Assembly: GCA_934155005.1 (NCBI GenBank)
Contig: CAKPGR010000003.1
Location: 13,011 to 77,010 of the forward strand
DNA length: 64,000 bases
Direction: 5' to 3'
Source of the DNA: an uncultured Bacilli bacterium
Lineage (GTDB): Bacteria; Bacillota_I; Bacilli_A; RF39; UBA660
The position numbers and the translations under genes are program-made. Below are positions 37,238 to 47,435 of this stretch, piece by piece. Position 1 is the stretch's first letter, and each line of letters starts with the position of its first letter. Under the pieces are notes generated by a model, which saw only the letters and a list, made by a program, of their open reading frames with translations, did no database searches and was not told where the DNA came from.

Positions 37238-38755
37238 ATGAAAAGATTTTATAAAATAATAGATAAAATAAATATATCATTATTTGTTTTTCTTTTCATA
37301 TTCTCTTTTTCATATTTTCTACCTAAAAATATAGTCATTTCAAAAAAAATATATTTAGATAAAAATTCATTCATAAGCCAAATGTCAGAAGCTGCCGTAC
37401 AAGATATGAAAGAAACAGGTGTATTTGCTAGTGTTACAATTGGACAAGCAGCAGTTGAGTCTGGTTGGGGAAAAGATGAAATTTCAACAACTTATAATAA
37501 CTATTTCGGTATGAAAGCTGGAGGAGATATATATGTAAATGGTATTAAAACAAAATGTGACTCTAGTAATAGAAAAGTTATTGGTAAATCTAATAATCAA
37601 AATTCCTTTTGGGGTGGATATGCTGTTTGTTTATCTGCATCAGAAGGTGGGGGATCATGGTTTAGAGTTTATGATAGTGTTTTAAATTCAATTAAAGATC
37701 ATTCTAGAAATTTTTGGTGTAATACTAGTGGTAGATATATAAAAAATGGTGTTTTTGCATCACCTAATCCAGAAGTTCAACTTTATACTATTGCTAAGTC
37801 AGGGTATGCTGTTGATGGTAGTGGTAATATTACAACTATCGGTGGTCTTAGATATGACCAACATATATATCAAAAAATAATAATTCCAAATAATTTAACT
37901 AAATATGATAATGTGTATCAAAGTGGAGTTAAACCGGCATATGCAGAGACTTGTACAGATGCCGTTTATACAGGATCAACTCCTACTATTGATACATCAT
38001 CTTCATCTAATTTAAATGGAGTTAGTGATTTTAAAACAACATATAGTGGAGATGTAAAAGAAGGATATATTTATAAAACACAAAAAAATAATGCCTTAAA
38101 AGTAACAGAAAAAACAGTTACTGAAAAAATAGATGAAAATATAAATTCCATTATAAAAAGTATATTTACAACGACAGGTGAATATTCTGATGGAAAAATA
38201 GGCGCTAGTGCATATACGGCAAATGTTACATATGTAAATGGTAGTTTTAAAAATAAAGTTGTTTATTATAATCAAAATGATTATAAAAGTTATCCATATG
38301 GTAGCTATGGTACTATAGCATCTCATGGTTGTGGTACAACATCAATGGCAATTGTTATTTCTAGTTTTTTAGGAAGAGAAGTAAGTCCTGTTGAAACTAC
38401 TAATTGGGCATGTTCAAATGGTTATTGTACTTCTAGTGGATCTTCTCACTCTGTAATTCCAGGACTTGCAGCACAATATGGATTAAATAGTACTAATGAA
38501 ATATCTTCAAGTTCTAATTTACAACCAGTTGTCGATGCCCTAGCAAGTGGTAATTCGTTAGTTGTTGTTTTAGCTAAGTCAGGAGAATTTACAAATAGTG
38601 GTCACTTCCTTGTTTTGACAGGAGTTGATGCAAGTGGTAATATTTCAGTAGCAGATCCTGCAAGTAGAAAGAAAACAGAAAAAACATATACATTAGATTT
38701 CTTAATAAATCCAACACAAGGACATATCGTTAAATTCTGGATTATAAGTGGGTGA
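37238..38755 (+). CDS. Secreted bifunctional peptidoglycan hydrolase: N-terminal GH73 glucosaminidase-like domain plus C-terminal papain-like (CHAP/C39-like) domain
   Basis: Signal/TM N-terminus; GVFASVTIGQAAVESGWGKDE...YNNYFGMKAGG (GH73 signature); C-terminal ASHGCGTTSMAIV...SGHFLVLTGVD (Cys-His dyad). Confidence 0.7.
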   Translation: MKRFYKIIDKINISLFVFLFIFSFSYFLPKNIVISKKIYLDKNSFISQMSEAAVQDMKETGVFASVTIGQAAVESGWGKDEISTTYNNYFGMKAGGDIYVNGIKTKCDSSNRKVIGKSNNQNSFWGGYAVCLSASEGGGSWFRVYDSVLNSIKDHSRNFWCNTSGRYIKNGVFASPNPEVQLYTIAKSGYAVDGSGNITTIGGLRYDQHIYQKIIIPNNLTKYDNVYQSGVKPAYAETCTDAVYTGSTPTIDTSSSSNLNGVSDFKTTYSGDVKEGYIYKTQKNNALKVTEKTVTEKIDENINSIIKSIFTTTGEYSDGKIGASAYTANVTYVNGSFKNKVVYYNQNDYKSYPYGSYGTIASHGCGTTSMAIVISSFLGREVSPVETTNWACSNGYCTSSGSSHSVIPGLAAQYGLNSTNEISSSSNLQPVVDALASGNSLVVVLAKSGEFTNSGHFLVLTGVDASGNISVADPASRKKTEKTYTLDFLINPTQGHIVKFWIISG

Positions 38756-38759
38756 TTAG

Positions 38760-39446
38760 ATGAAAAAAATAAAATTATTAATGTGTAGTATTTTTATCAT
38801 AATGTTAACAGGCTGTAATACTGATTATACTATTAATGTAAATAATGATTTATCAGTAGATGAAAAAGCTTCCATTGAAGAAACATATTACTATTTTGAA
38901 GAAAATTATACATATTATCATAGCAGTGAAGTTTTAGATCTTTTATGGGATCAATTTAGTGATAAATACAAAGATAATAGTTATACATACACACATAATA
39001 GTAGTGAAACAGGAATATATGTAAAAACTAGTTATAAAAATATAGACGAATTTGTTAATAAAAATAAAATATATAATCAGTTTTTTGAAAAAATTGATTA
39101 TACAAAAAAACAAAATCAAATAACACTAGAAACAAAAGGTGAGTTTTATCCATATAATGAACAAGATCCAGAAAAGTTTGCTATCGAATCTACTAAAATT
39201 AATATAGTAGTACCATTTAAAGTTATATCTAATAACGCTGATCAAGTAAGTGGTAATAAATATACATGGTATATTAATAAAGATACAAAAGATAAAAAAA
39301 TTAAAATTACATTTGATACTTCTAATAGTCAAATAAAAAAACAATCAAAAAATTATTATTTGATTATTATTGGAATAGGAATATTTATTGGTATTATTAT
39401 TTTATATATTAGTTATAAAATAAAAAGAGCTGATAATGAAATATAG
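38760..39446 (+). CDS. Lipoprotein with C-terminal TM anchor
   Basis: Lipobox IIMLTGC at the N-terminus; C-terminal hydrophobic helix LIIIGIGIFIGIIILYI. Confidence 0.55.
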   Translation: MKKIKLLMCSIFIIMLTGCNTDYTINVNNDLSVDEKASIEETYYYFEENYTYYHSSEVLDLLWDQFSDKYKDNSYTYTHNSSETGIYVKTSYKNIDEFVNKNKIYNQFFEKIDYTKKQNQITLETKGEFYPYNEQDPEKFAIESTKINIVVPFKVISNNADQVSGNKYTWYINKDTKDKKIKITFDTSNSQIKKQSKNYYLIIIGIGIFIGIIILYISYKIKRADNEI

Positions 39447-39455
39447 GAGGTTTTT

Positions 39456-41435
39456 ATGAAATTAAAATTAAAAGCAGAAGCAAGAGATTGGATTATTTTC
39501 GTTATATATGCCGTTTTTCTATTTTTCTTGATTTGTGTTGCTGTTGTAAATTTAGGAACGTTTGCAACTGAATCAAGATTTTCAGGATTTAATCCTTTCT
39601 TAGCATTTCAAAGAGATTATATTGGACCAACAATGGTATTTTACCTTGGTGCTTTAATAGCTTCATTTGTTAGTGTTCAAAATCATTTTTTTGAGAGAGA
39701 AAAAGGAATTGGATTTAGTGTAGGAGCAAAAAAGGAAAAAGGATACTCAAGATGGGCTACTGATAAAGAATTTAAAAAGGATCTAGAAAAAATATTACCC
39801 GATCAAGAAAAATGTGAAAAAGGTGGTATTCCTTTAATTAATAGTGGAAAAGAAATTTGGGTTGATCCAAGTGGATATCATAATATGATTATAGGATCAA
39901 CAGGATCAGGTAAATCACAAGCTATATCAAAGCCATTTATTAGAGTTATGGCCAAGGCAGGAGAATCAATGATTGTAACCGATCCAAAAGGAGAACTTTA
40001 CGAAGATACTTCACTTGAATTAAAAGCAAGAGGATATAACATAATTGTTTTAAACTTCCGTGATCCTCAAAAAGGTAATTGTTGGAATCCATTTTCCTTA
40101 CCATATAAATTATACAAAGAAGGAAACATTGATAAGGCAACTGAATTACTAGAAGATTTAGCAAAAAATATTCTATATGATGAATCAAGCAAAGGTCAAG
40201 ACCCATTTTGGGAAAATACATCAGCTGATTATTTTACAGGATTATCACTTGCTTTATTTGATGATGCTAAGGAAGATGAAATAAATATTAATAGTATAAA
40301 TTTAATGAGTACAGTTGGTGAAGATAAAATAGGTGGTACAACTTATATAAAAGAATATTTTAGTGATAAAGATCAATCTAGCGGTGCTTATGTAAACGTT
40401 TCAAGTACTTTGATGGCTCCTAGTGATACAAAAGGAAGTATTTTATCAGTATTTAAACAAAAAATAAAATTATTCTCATCACGTGAAAATTTGTCTGAAA
40501 TGTTATCACATAGTGATTTTGATATTGAAGATATTGGACGTGAAAAAACAGCTGTTTTTATTGTTATTCAAGATGAAAAAAAGACATATCATCCATTAGT
40601 TACAATTTTCTTAAAACAATGTTATGAAACATTAGTTAGAGTAGCTCAAGAAAATGGCAGTAAACTTAAATATAGAACTAATTTCTTACTAGATGAATTT
40701 GCTAATATGCCTCCTTTAACAGATGTTGATGCAATGGTTTCAGCAGCGCGTTCTAGAAATATTAAATTATCATTTATCATACAAAACTTCTCACAATTGA
40801 ATGATGTTTATGGTAAAGAAAAGGCAGAAACAATAAGAGGTAACTGTGGTAATACAATTTATATTTTATCAACAGAACTTTCAGCATTAGAAGAAATTAG
40901 TAAGATGTGTGGAGATGTAAAATCTAAAAAAGATGATAAGACTGATTCGAGGCCATTAGTTACTGTTTCTGATCTTCAAAAACTAAAAGAAGAAGAAGCT
41001 ATAATTTTAAGATCAAGAATGAATCCTTATAAGACAAAATTAAAATTTGATTATAAAATTGATTGGGGTAAAAAATACGAAAAAGCTAAATACCCAAATA
41101 GAGAAAAGATTAAAGTAACTACTTTTGATTTAAAAGGATATGTTAATAAAAAAAGAGATAAGAAAATAAATGACATGTTAGGTGGAAATTCTTCTAAGAT
41201 TCCTTCTATGCCAAATATATTCGGACCTAAACCAGGTGCACCTGATTTAGATAGCATAGTAAAAAGGATAGATGCTAAAATAGCTGAAATGGAAGCTGAA
41301 GAAAGAAAAGAACAAGAAAAAAGACAAGCTAAAAAACAAGTCACACCTGAACAAAAAGAACAACCTAAAAAAATTAATCTTGAAGAAGTTACTGATGATC
41401 AATTCTTTGATGATTTCTTTAATGATGAAGAATAG
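39456..41435 (+). CDS. Type IV coupling protein, VirD4/TraG/TcpA-like ATPase with N-terminal TM helices and acidic/aromatic C-terminal tail
   Basis: Walker A MIIGSTGSGKSQ (about nt 39900), Walker B FLLDEFANMPP; two N-terminal TM helices; C-terminal EEVTDDQFFDDFFNDEE. Confidence 0.8.
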   Translation: MKLKLKAEARDWIIFVIYAVFLFFLICVAVVNLGTFATESRFSGFNPFLAFQRDYIGPTMVFYLGALIASFVSVQNHFFEREKGIGFSVGAKKEKGYSRWATDKEFKKDLEKILPDQEKCEKGGIPLINSGKEIWVDPSGYHNMIIGSTGSGKSQAISKPFIRVMAKAGESMIVTDPKGELYEDTSLELKARGYNIIVLNFRDPQKGNCWNPFSLPYKLYKEGNIDKATELLEDLAKNILYDESSKGQDPFWENTSADYFTGLSLALFDDAKEDEININSINLMSTVGEDKIGGTTYIKEYFSDKDQSSGAYVNVSSTLMAPSDTKGSILSVFKQKIKLFSSRENLSEMLSHSDFDIEDIGREKTAVFIVIQDEKKTYHPLVTIFLKQCYETLVRVAQENGSKLKYRTNFLLDEFANMPPLTDVDAMVSAARSRNIKLSFIIQNFSQLNDVYGKEKAETIRGNCGNTIYILSTELSALEEISKMCGDVKSKKDDKTDSRPLVTVSDLQKLKEEEAIILRSRMNPYKTKLKFDYKIDWGKKYEKAKYPNREKIKVTTFDLKGYVNKKRDKKINDMLGGNSSKIPSMPNIFGPKPGAPDLDSIVKRIDAKIAEMEAEERKEQEKRQAKKQVTPEQKEQPKKINLEEVTDDQFFDDFFNDEE

Positions 41436-41479
41436 TAACAAATTTTAGTATTTAACATATAATATTTTAGGGTGATTAT

Positions 41480-41767
41480 ATGGTATCCAATATATCTGTT
41501 GATGAAATAGATAAAATTAATGGAATTAATATAATTGATATTAGAAGTATACAAAGTTATAATAATAATCATATTCCAAATGCAATTAATATCCCATACG
41601 AGAAATTATTAATAAATTTTAGAGAATATCTATCTTCAAATCAAAAATATATATTATATTGTCAAAAAGGTTTTACTAGTAAAAGATTATGCCAAATATT
41701 AAATAATTATGGTTATAAAACAATAAATCTAGAAGGTGGATATGAAGAATGGATAATGAAGAATTGA
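41480..41767 (+). CDS. Single-domain rhodanese-like protein
   Basis: 95 aa; active-site loop YCQKGFTSKR. Confidence 0.6.
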   Translation: MVSNISVDEIDKINGINIIDIRSIQSYNNNHIPNAINIPYEKLLINFREYLSSNQKYILYCQKGFTSKRLCQILNNYGYKTINLEGGYEEWIMKN

Positions 41768-41807
41768 AAAAATTCTTCTTTTTTTGTATAATGAAATTGG
41801 TGATAAA

Positions 41808-42986
41808 ATGCGAAAAAAAATAATTATTATTTTAATAGCCGTACTTTTAAGTTTTTCTATATATAAAATATATAGTTACATTAGAATAAAAACAGCTAAA
41901 ATAGAAATTGTTTTAGTTGATGATTTAAAATTAGAATTTAATGAAAAAAAGAAAGTATCTGATTTTATAAAATCAATAAATGGTAAAATAACTGATGACT
42001 ATATTATTGATTCAAGTAAATTAGGTAAAAAAGATGTAAAATTTGAATTTATAAACAATGATAATATAAAGTTACAATATACTTTTCAAATAGAAGTTGT
42101 TGATACGGTAAGTCCACTTATATGGTTAGGAAATAATTATAATGTTAAGGTTGGTAGTGATATTGATTTAACAAAAAAAATATTATGTGGCGATAATTAT
42201 GATTCAAAACCTAAATGTTATATTGAAGGAGTCTATGATTTAAATAAAGAAGGTAGTTATGATCTAGTATTTAAAGCAGAAGATAATAGTGGCAATATTG
42301 AAGAAAAAGCTTTTACTTTAAATGTATATGAACCAGTTCAAAATGATAACAAAATAGAGCCTGTTTATACTAATTTTAATGAAGTAAAAGAAAATTATAA
42401 AAATGATAAAACAGTAGTAGGGTTAGATATATCTTCACACCAAGGTGAAATAGATTTTAAAAAATTAAAAGAACAAGGTGTTGAATTTGTTATGATTAGA
42501 GTTGGCTATGGCTATAATTCTAAATATACACTTGATAAAAATTTCAAAAAAAATATAGAAGAAGCAAACAAAAATAATATTAAAGTTGGAATCTATTTTT
42601 ATTCATATGCTAAAACTAATAAAGAAGCAATTAATGATGCTAAATGGGTTTTAAAACAAATAAAAAAATATAAAGTTGATTTACCAATTGCCTTTGACTG
42701 GGAAGAATGGGCTAATTTTAATGAATATAATTTATCATTCTTTGGACTTACAAACATGGCTGATGTTTTTATAAAAGAAATAGAAAAAAATGGATATGAT
42801 GGTATGCTTTATAGTAGTAAAACTTATCTAGATAATATTTGGCTGGAAAATGATTATGATATTTGGTTAGCACAATACAATAATAAAATAACATATACTG
42901 GTGCTGTCAAAATGTGGCAAATATGTGATAATGGTAAAATAGATGGTATAGATAAAACTGTTGATATAGATATTATGTATAAATAA
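41808..42986 (+). CDS. Membrane-anchored GH25 muramidase (lysozyme) with N-terminal TM and middle beta-rich domain
   Basis: C-terminal VVGLDISSHQGEIDFKKLKEQGVEFVMIRVGYG...VGIYFYSYA...FDWEEW (GH25 signature); ATG 41808 with extended -10 TTGTATAAT upstream (the track ORF starts at a TTG inside the promoter). Confidence 0.7.
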   Translation: MRKKIIIILIAVLLSFSIYKIYSYIRIKTAKIEIVLVDDLKLEFNEKKKVSDFIKSINGKITDDYIIDSSKLGKKDVKFEFINNDNIKLQYTFQIEVVDTVSPLIWLGNNYNVKVGSDIDLTKKILCGDNYDSKPKCYIEGVYDLNKEGSYDLVFKAEDNSGNIEEKAFTLNVYEPVQNDNKIEPVYTNFNEVKENYKNDKTVVGLDISSHQGEIDFKKLKEQGVEFVMIRVGYGYNSKYTLDKNFKKNIEEANKNNIKVGIYFYSYAKTNKEAINDAKWVLKQIKKYKVDLPIAFDWEEWANFNEYNLSFFGLTNMADVFIKEIEKNGYDGMLYSSKTYLDNIWLENDYDIWLAQYNNKITYTGAVKMWQICDNGKIDGIDKTVDIDIMYK

Positions 42987-43314
42987 AAAAATATTGAAAC
43001 TTATCAATGTTTTTTTTAATAAGAAGGAAAAAAAGTATATTAATATTAGAAAGATACCGTAAAGTGTTACGGATTATTTCCTTACGGGAGGAGTAAGGTT
43101 TTTATGAGAAGAGATAAAATAAATTTAACTTTAATTCTATTTAATAGCATTAATAATAATCATAAAGTAATTAAATAAAAATAATCCCTAATATCACAGG
43201 GTCATTAGGGATTTTCAAAAACAAAAATAGGAAATAACCTAATACTCATTAGGTATTTCTCTAAACTTATTATATGCAAAAATGAATAAAAAACCAATAA
43301 TTTTTATAAATAAA

Positions 43315-45243
43315 TTATTGTTCTTTAATAGTAGGTATTGAATCTTCCTTGTGTTCACTAAAAGGTTGTGTACCTTTTATATAATATAAAATTTTTGTTT
43401 TAGTATCATTTTCATTTGCTAATTCTCCAGTTATAGGATTAGTTAAAACACCAACTACATTTTCGGGTTTTTTATACCAATTATCCTTTTTATCTTTCAA
43501 ATATTCTTCCATTGTGTCAACCCATAAATTTTTCATATTAGACCCTATATTAACACTAGTATCTCTATTATCATCATATCCTATCCATATTCCTGTAATG
43601 GCATCTTTATTATATCCAAATATCAAATGGTCTGTATCAGTAGTACCAGTTTTAACTGCATATCTTTTACTCATTTTAGCAGCTATTGAAAGACAAGTTG
43701 GAGTATTATAATCAACTAAGTTTGAATCATAACTACTTGTTAATAATTCATTTAAGATGTAAACATCACTTTTATTTAAAATACTTTTTTTCTTTTCTTT
43801 ATATTTATATAAAGTATTACCATTTATATCCTCAACTTTTTTTATAAAATGAGGATTTATAGAATAACCTTCATTAGCAAATGTACTATATGCTTTCATC
43901 ATTTCTAAAATGTTTATTTCTTCTGTTCCAAGTGCAAGAGAAGGAATAGCAGACATTTTAGATGTTATACCAAGTCTATTTGCAGTATCAACTAATGTTT
44001 GTTCTCCTAAAAAAATATGAGTTTTTACGGCATATATATTATCAGAATAAGCAATAGCAGCTGACATACTTATATTTTTATTGCCATAAATATCATTATA
44101 ATTTTTTGGACTATATGTTTTAGAACCAAGATTGAAAGTAGTTTTTTCACTTGTAAAAACACTAGATGCGGTAAAACCATTTTCTAAGGCAGCATAATAT
44201 AGAATAGGTTTTATTGTAGAACCAACTTGTCTTTTACTATCAGTAACACGATTGAATTCACTTTTGCTGTAATCTGTACCACCAGCAATAGCCTTAATTT
44301 CTCCATTATTTGGGTTCATTATAACAGCTGCAACTTGTAAGTTATTAGTTACATATTTTTTAATGTTATTTTCTAAAATATTTAAGGCATTTTTATCCAA
44401 TGTAGTATATATTTTAAGTCCACCAGTTTCAATTAAAGAGTCTGGAATAGAAGAAATACCTTTTAATTCTTTATATACAGCATCTTCAAAATATTTAATT
44501 AAATTAGAATTATTTTCATTTAAAGATCCTACAAATTTTAAATCTTCCTTATAAGCATCATTCATCTCTCTTTTAGTTATATATCCATTATTTACCATAG
44601 AATTTAAAATTAATTTTTGTCTTTCTTTCGCTTTTTTATAATTAGATATTGGTGAATAATTACTAGGTGATTTAGGAATTCCAGCTAAAATTGATGCTTC
44701 TGCTAAATCAAGTTCACTCGCTTTTTTGCCAAAATAATAATTAGCTGCATTTTCAATTCCAAAAATACCACCATAGTTAATAGTATTTAAATAACCCTCT
44801 AAAATTTCTTTTTTAGAATAATGGGCTTCAAGTCTTAGTGTTAAAATAGCTTCTTCAGCTTTTCTAGACCATTTTTTATCAAAAGATAAAAATAAGTTTT
44901 TAGCATATTGTTGAGTTATAGTAGATGCTCCTTGACTATTTTCTTTCTTTTTAATATTAGTAAATAAAGCTTTAATAATTCTAAAATAATCAAATCCATG
45001 ATGCTTATAAAAATTTTTATCTTCGATAGAAATAGTAGCATCAATTATATAATCAGACATATTATTTAAACTAGTCCATTCATTTTTTCCACTAAATAAA
45101 TTTTCTTTATCATCATACATATAATAACTATTCGCACTTTTTATAGGAAGTTTACTCGCCATTTTAGCGTATCCTAATAAGCATAAATAAAAAACAATTA
45201 AAAGTATAATAAAAATAATTAAAAATTTGAATATCTTTTTCAA
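43315..45243 (-). CDS. Class A penicillin-binding protein (GT51 transglycosylase plus transpeptidase)
   Basis: TM anchor; GT51 motifs ISIEDKNFYKHHGFD, RLEAHYSKKEILEGYLN; transpeptidase motifs GSTIKP, YSDN, KTGTT. Confidence 0.85.
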   Translation of the reverse strand: MKKIFKFLIIFIILLIVFYLCLLGYAKMASKLPIKSANSYYMYDDKENLFSGKNEWTSLNNMSDYIIDATISIEDKNFYKHHGFDYFRIIKALFTNIKKKENSQGASTITQQYAKNLFLSFDKKWSRKAEEAILTLRLEAHYSKKEILEGYLNTINYGGIFGIENAANYYFGKKASELDLAEASILAGIPKSPSNYSPISNYKKAKERQKLILNSMVNNGYITKREMNDAYKEDLKFVGSLNENNSNLIKYFEDAVYKELKGISSIPDSLIETGGLKIYTTLDKNALNILENNIKKYVTNNLQVAAVIMNPNNGEIKAIAGGTDYSKSEFNRVTDSKRQVGSTIKPILYYAALENGFTASSVFTSEKTTFNLGSKTYSPKNYNDIYGNKNISMSAAIAYSDNIYAVKTHIFLGEQTLVDTANRLGITSKMSAIPSLALGTEEINILEMMKAYSTFANEGYSINPHFIKKVEDINGNTLYKYKEKKKSILNKSDVYILNELLTSSYDSNLVDYNTPTCLSIAAKMSKRYAVKTGTTDTDHLIFGYNKDAITGIWIGYDDNRDTSVNIGSNMKNLWVDTMEEYLKDKKDNWYKKPENVVGVLTNPITGELANENDTKTKILYYIKGTQPFSEHKEDSIPTIKEQ

Positions 45244-45343
45244 AAGGTAGTCACCTCGCTATAATTATTATTAGAAAAAAAGTTAAAAATATAACAAAAA
45301 ATAGTAAAGTATGGTATAATTACGAAAGGAAATGAGTGATTAA

Positions 45344-45661
45344 ATGTCAAAGGTAAAAATTCATTATATTCTAAATGAAAAAGAAGAACATTTAAAAGGT
45401 ATAAAAAGAAAAAATAAATTAATATTTTATGATCAAAAAATAAAAACAGAAATTGATATAGAAAATAAAATAATAAGAAGAAATAATGATGAATATGAAA
45501 TAGAACTTAATTTAAAAAATAATACAGGTTTTTATAAAACAATAGAGGGAAATTTTATTTTAGAACCTAAATTAATAAAATATGATAATTTAGATACTTT
45601 GACAATTATTTATGAACTTAATGGACAAACATTTAAATTTAATATAGAGGTGGTAGAATGA
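45344..45661 (+). CDS. Hypothetical 105-aa protein upstream of argS
   Basis: ORF with RBS GAAAGGAAATGAG; ends at ATGA overlap with the argS start. Confidence 0.4.
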   Translation: MSKVKIHYILNEKEEHLKGIKRKNKLIFYDQKIKTEIDIENKIIRRNNDEYEIELNLKNNTGFYKTIEGNFILEPKLIKYDNLDTLTIIYELNGQTFKFNIEVVE

Positions 45662-47337
45662 TTATAGATTTACTTTCCAAAAAACTAAATGAAATATTAG
45701 ATTATGACTATGAATTTAGTGTTATAAAATCTAATAGACCAGAATTATGTGATTATCAATGTGATGATGTTTTTAAACTATGTAAAAAAATAGGTAAGAA
45801 TCCTATTCAACTTGGCGAAGAAATAGTAAACAAAATAAATGAACAAAATTGTTATTATTTTAAAGAAGTAACTTTTGTAAAACCAGGATTTATTAATATA
45901 ACTATCTCAGACAAATTATTAAATGAGACTTTATATTATATGGCAAATAATGAAAAGTTTGGTTTAAAAAAAGAAGAGAGTAAAACATTCTTTTTAGATT
46001 ATGGTGGACCTAATGTAGCTAAACCATTACATGTTGGGCATATGAGAACAGCAATAGTAGGTGAATCCATTAAAAGAATTATTAATTATATGGGGCATAA
46101 AACAATATCAGATGTTCATCTAGGTGACTACGGGCTTCAAATAGGACAAGTTATATACGGAATAGAAAAAGATAACTTAAAAAAAGAAGATATTACATTA
46201 GAATATTTAGAAAATATTTATCCTAAAATAAGTGGTTTGTGTAAAACTAATGAAGAAATAAAAGAAAAGTGTGCTTTAATAACTAAAAAATTACAAGATG
46301 GTGATAAAGAATATCAAGATCTTTGGAAGATAATTTTAGAAATTTCAGGGAATGATATAAAAAGATTATATAGTTATTTAGGTGTATCTTTTGATGTATG
46401 GCAAGGTGAAAGTGATGCATATAAATATATAGAAGATACAAAAAAATATTTAAAGCAAAAAGAAATGTTAAAAGAGAGTGAAGGAGCTTTAATTGTTGAT
46501 GTAAAAAAAGAAGATGATACAAAAGAAATACCACCTTTTATATTTGAAAAAAGTAATGGCGCTTATTTATATTCAACAACTGATTTAGCGACTATTTATG
46601 AACGTGTTAATAAATATAATCCAGATTATATTTTATATATTGTTGATAATAGACAATCATTACATTTTGAACAAGTATTTAGAGTATGCGAAATGTCTGA
46701 TTTAACTAAAAATACAAAGTTAGAATTTTTAGGATATGGTACAGTAAATGGATTAGATGGTAAACCATATAAAACAAGAAGTGGTGATGCTCCTAAATTA
46801 GATAATTTATTTAAAGAAGTAAAAGATATTTTTATGTCAAAGAAAGAAGAAAATAAAAATATGACGGATACTGACTTAGATAAAATTGTTAATTCAATAT
46901 TAAAATTTGCTGATCTAAGTAATGCAAGAGAAAGAGATTATATATTTGATATAAATAAATTTTCAAATGTTGTTGGTAAAACAGGACCATATATTTTATA
47001 TACATATGTTAGAATTAATAAAATATTAGAAAAAGAAAAATTTGATAACAAAATTAGTAATGACATATATAATGATGTTGATCGTAATTTAAGAATTAAA
47101 TTAACAGAATTTAATATTGCTTTAAATAATGCCTTTATAGAGAGAAAACCACATTATATAGCTGATTATATATATAATTTAGCTGTTTTAGCAAATAATT
47201 TTTATCAAACTAACCATGTTAGTAATGAGGAAAATCAAATTAAGAAAAATGATTGGTTATTTATTTTAAATTTAACTAACAATATGATTCAACAACTTTT
47301 AGATTTAATTATTATTGAAATTCCATCAATTATGTAA
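45658..47337 (+). CDS. argS: Arginyl-tRNA synthetase
   Basis: 559 aa; class I HIGH motif PNVAKPLHVGHMR; C-terminal DALR-type anticodon-binding region. Confidence 0.9.
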   Translation: MIIDLLSKKLNEILDYDYEFSVIKSNRPELCDYQCDDVFKLCKKIGKNPIQLGEEIVNKINEQNCYYFKEVTFVKPGFINITISDKLLNETLYYMANNEKFGLKKEESKTFFLDYGGPNVAKPLHVGHMRTAIVGESIKRIINYMGHKTISDVHLGDYGLQIGQVIYGIEKDNLKKEDITLEYLENIYPKISGLCKTNEEIKEKCALITKKLQDGDKEYQDLWKIILEISGNDIKRLYSYLGVSFDVWQGESDAYKYIEDTKKYLKQKEMLKESEGALIVDVKKEDDTKEIPPFIFEKSNGAYLYSTTDLATIYERVNKYNPDYILYIVDNRQSLHFEQVFRVCEMSDLTKNTKLEFLGYGTVNGLDGKPYKTRSGDAPKLDNLFKEVKDIFMSKKEENKNMTDTDLDKIVNSILKFADLSNARERDYIFDINKFSNVVGKTGPYILYTYVRINKILEKEKFDNKISNDIYNDVDRNLRIKLTEFNIALNNAFIERKPHYIADYIYNLAVLANNFYQTNHVSNEENQIKKNDWLFILNLTNNMIQQLLDLIIIEIPSIM

Positions 47338-47435
47338 AAATTTTATATAATAGCATATTATGTATTGACATGTAGATATAATATGGTAAAATTAATCACG
47401 AGTATAATACTCAATAATGTTATAGGAGGATTATT

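Noticed and set aside
26447-43315. Prophage interpretation of the 26.5-43 kb island (three lysins present)
   Set aside because: No capsid, terminase, portal, tail or holin-like genes; the ATPases are VirB4/VirD4-type, so the hydrolases are better explained as T4SS wall-remodelling enzymes.
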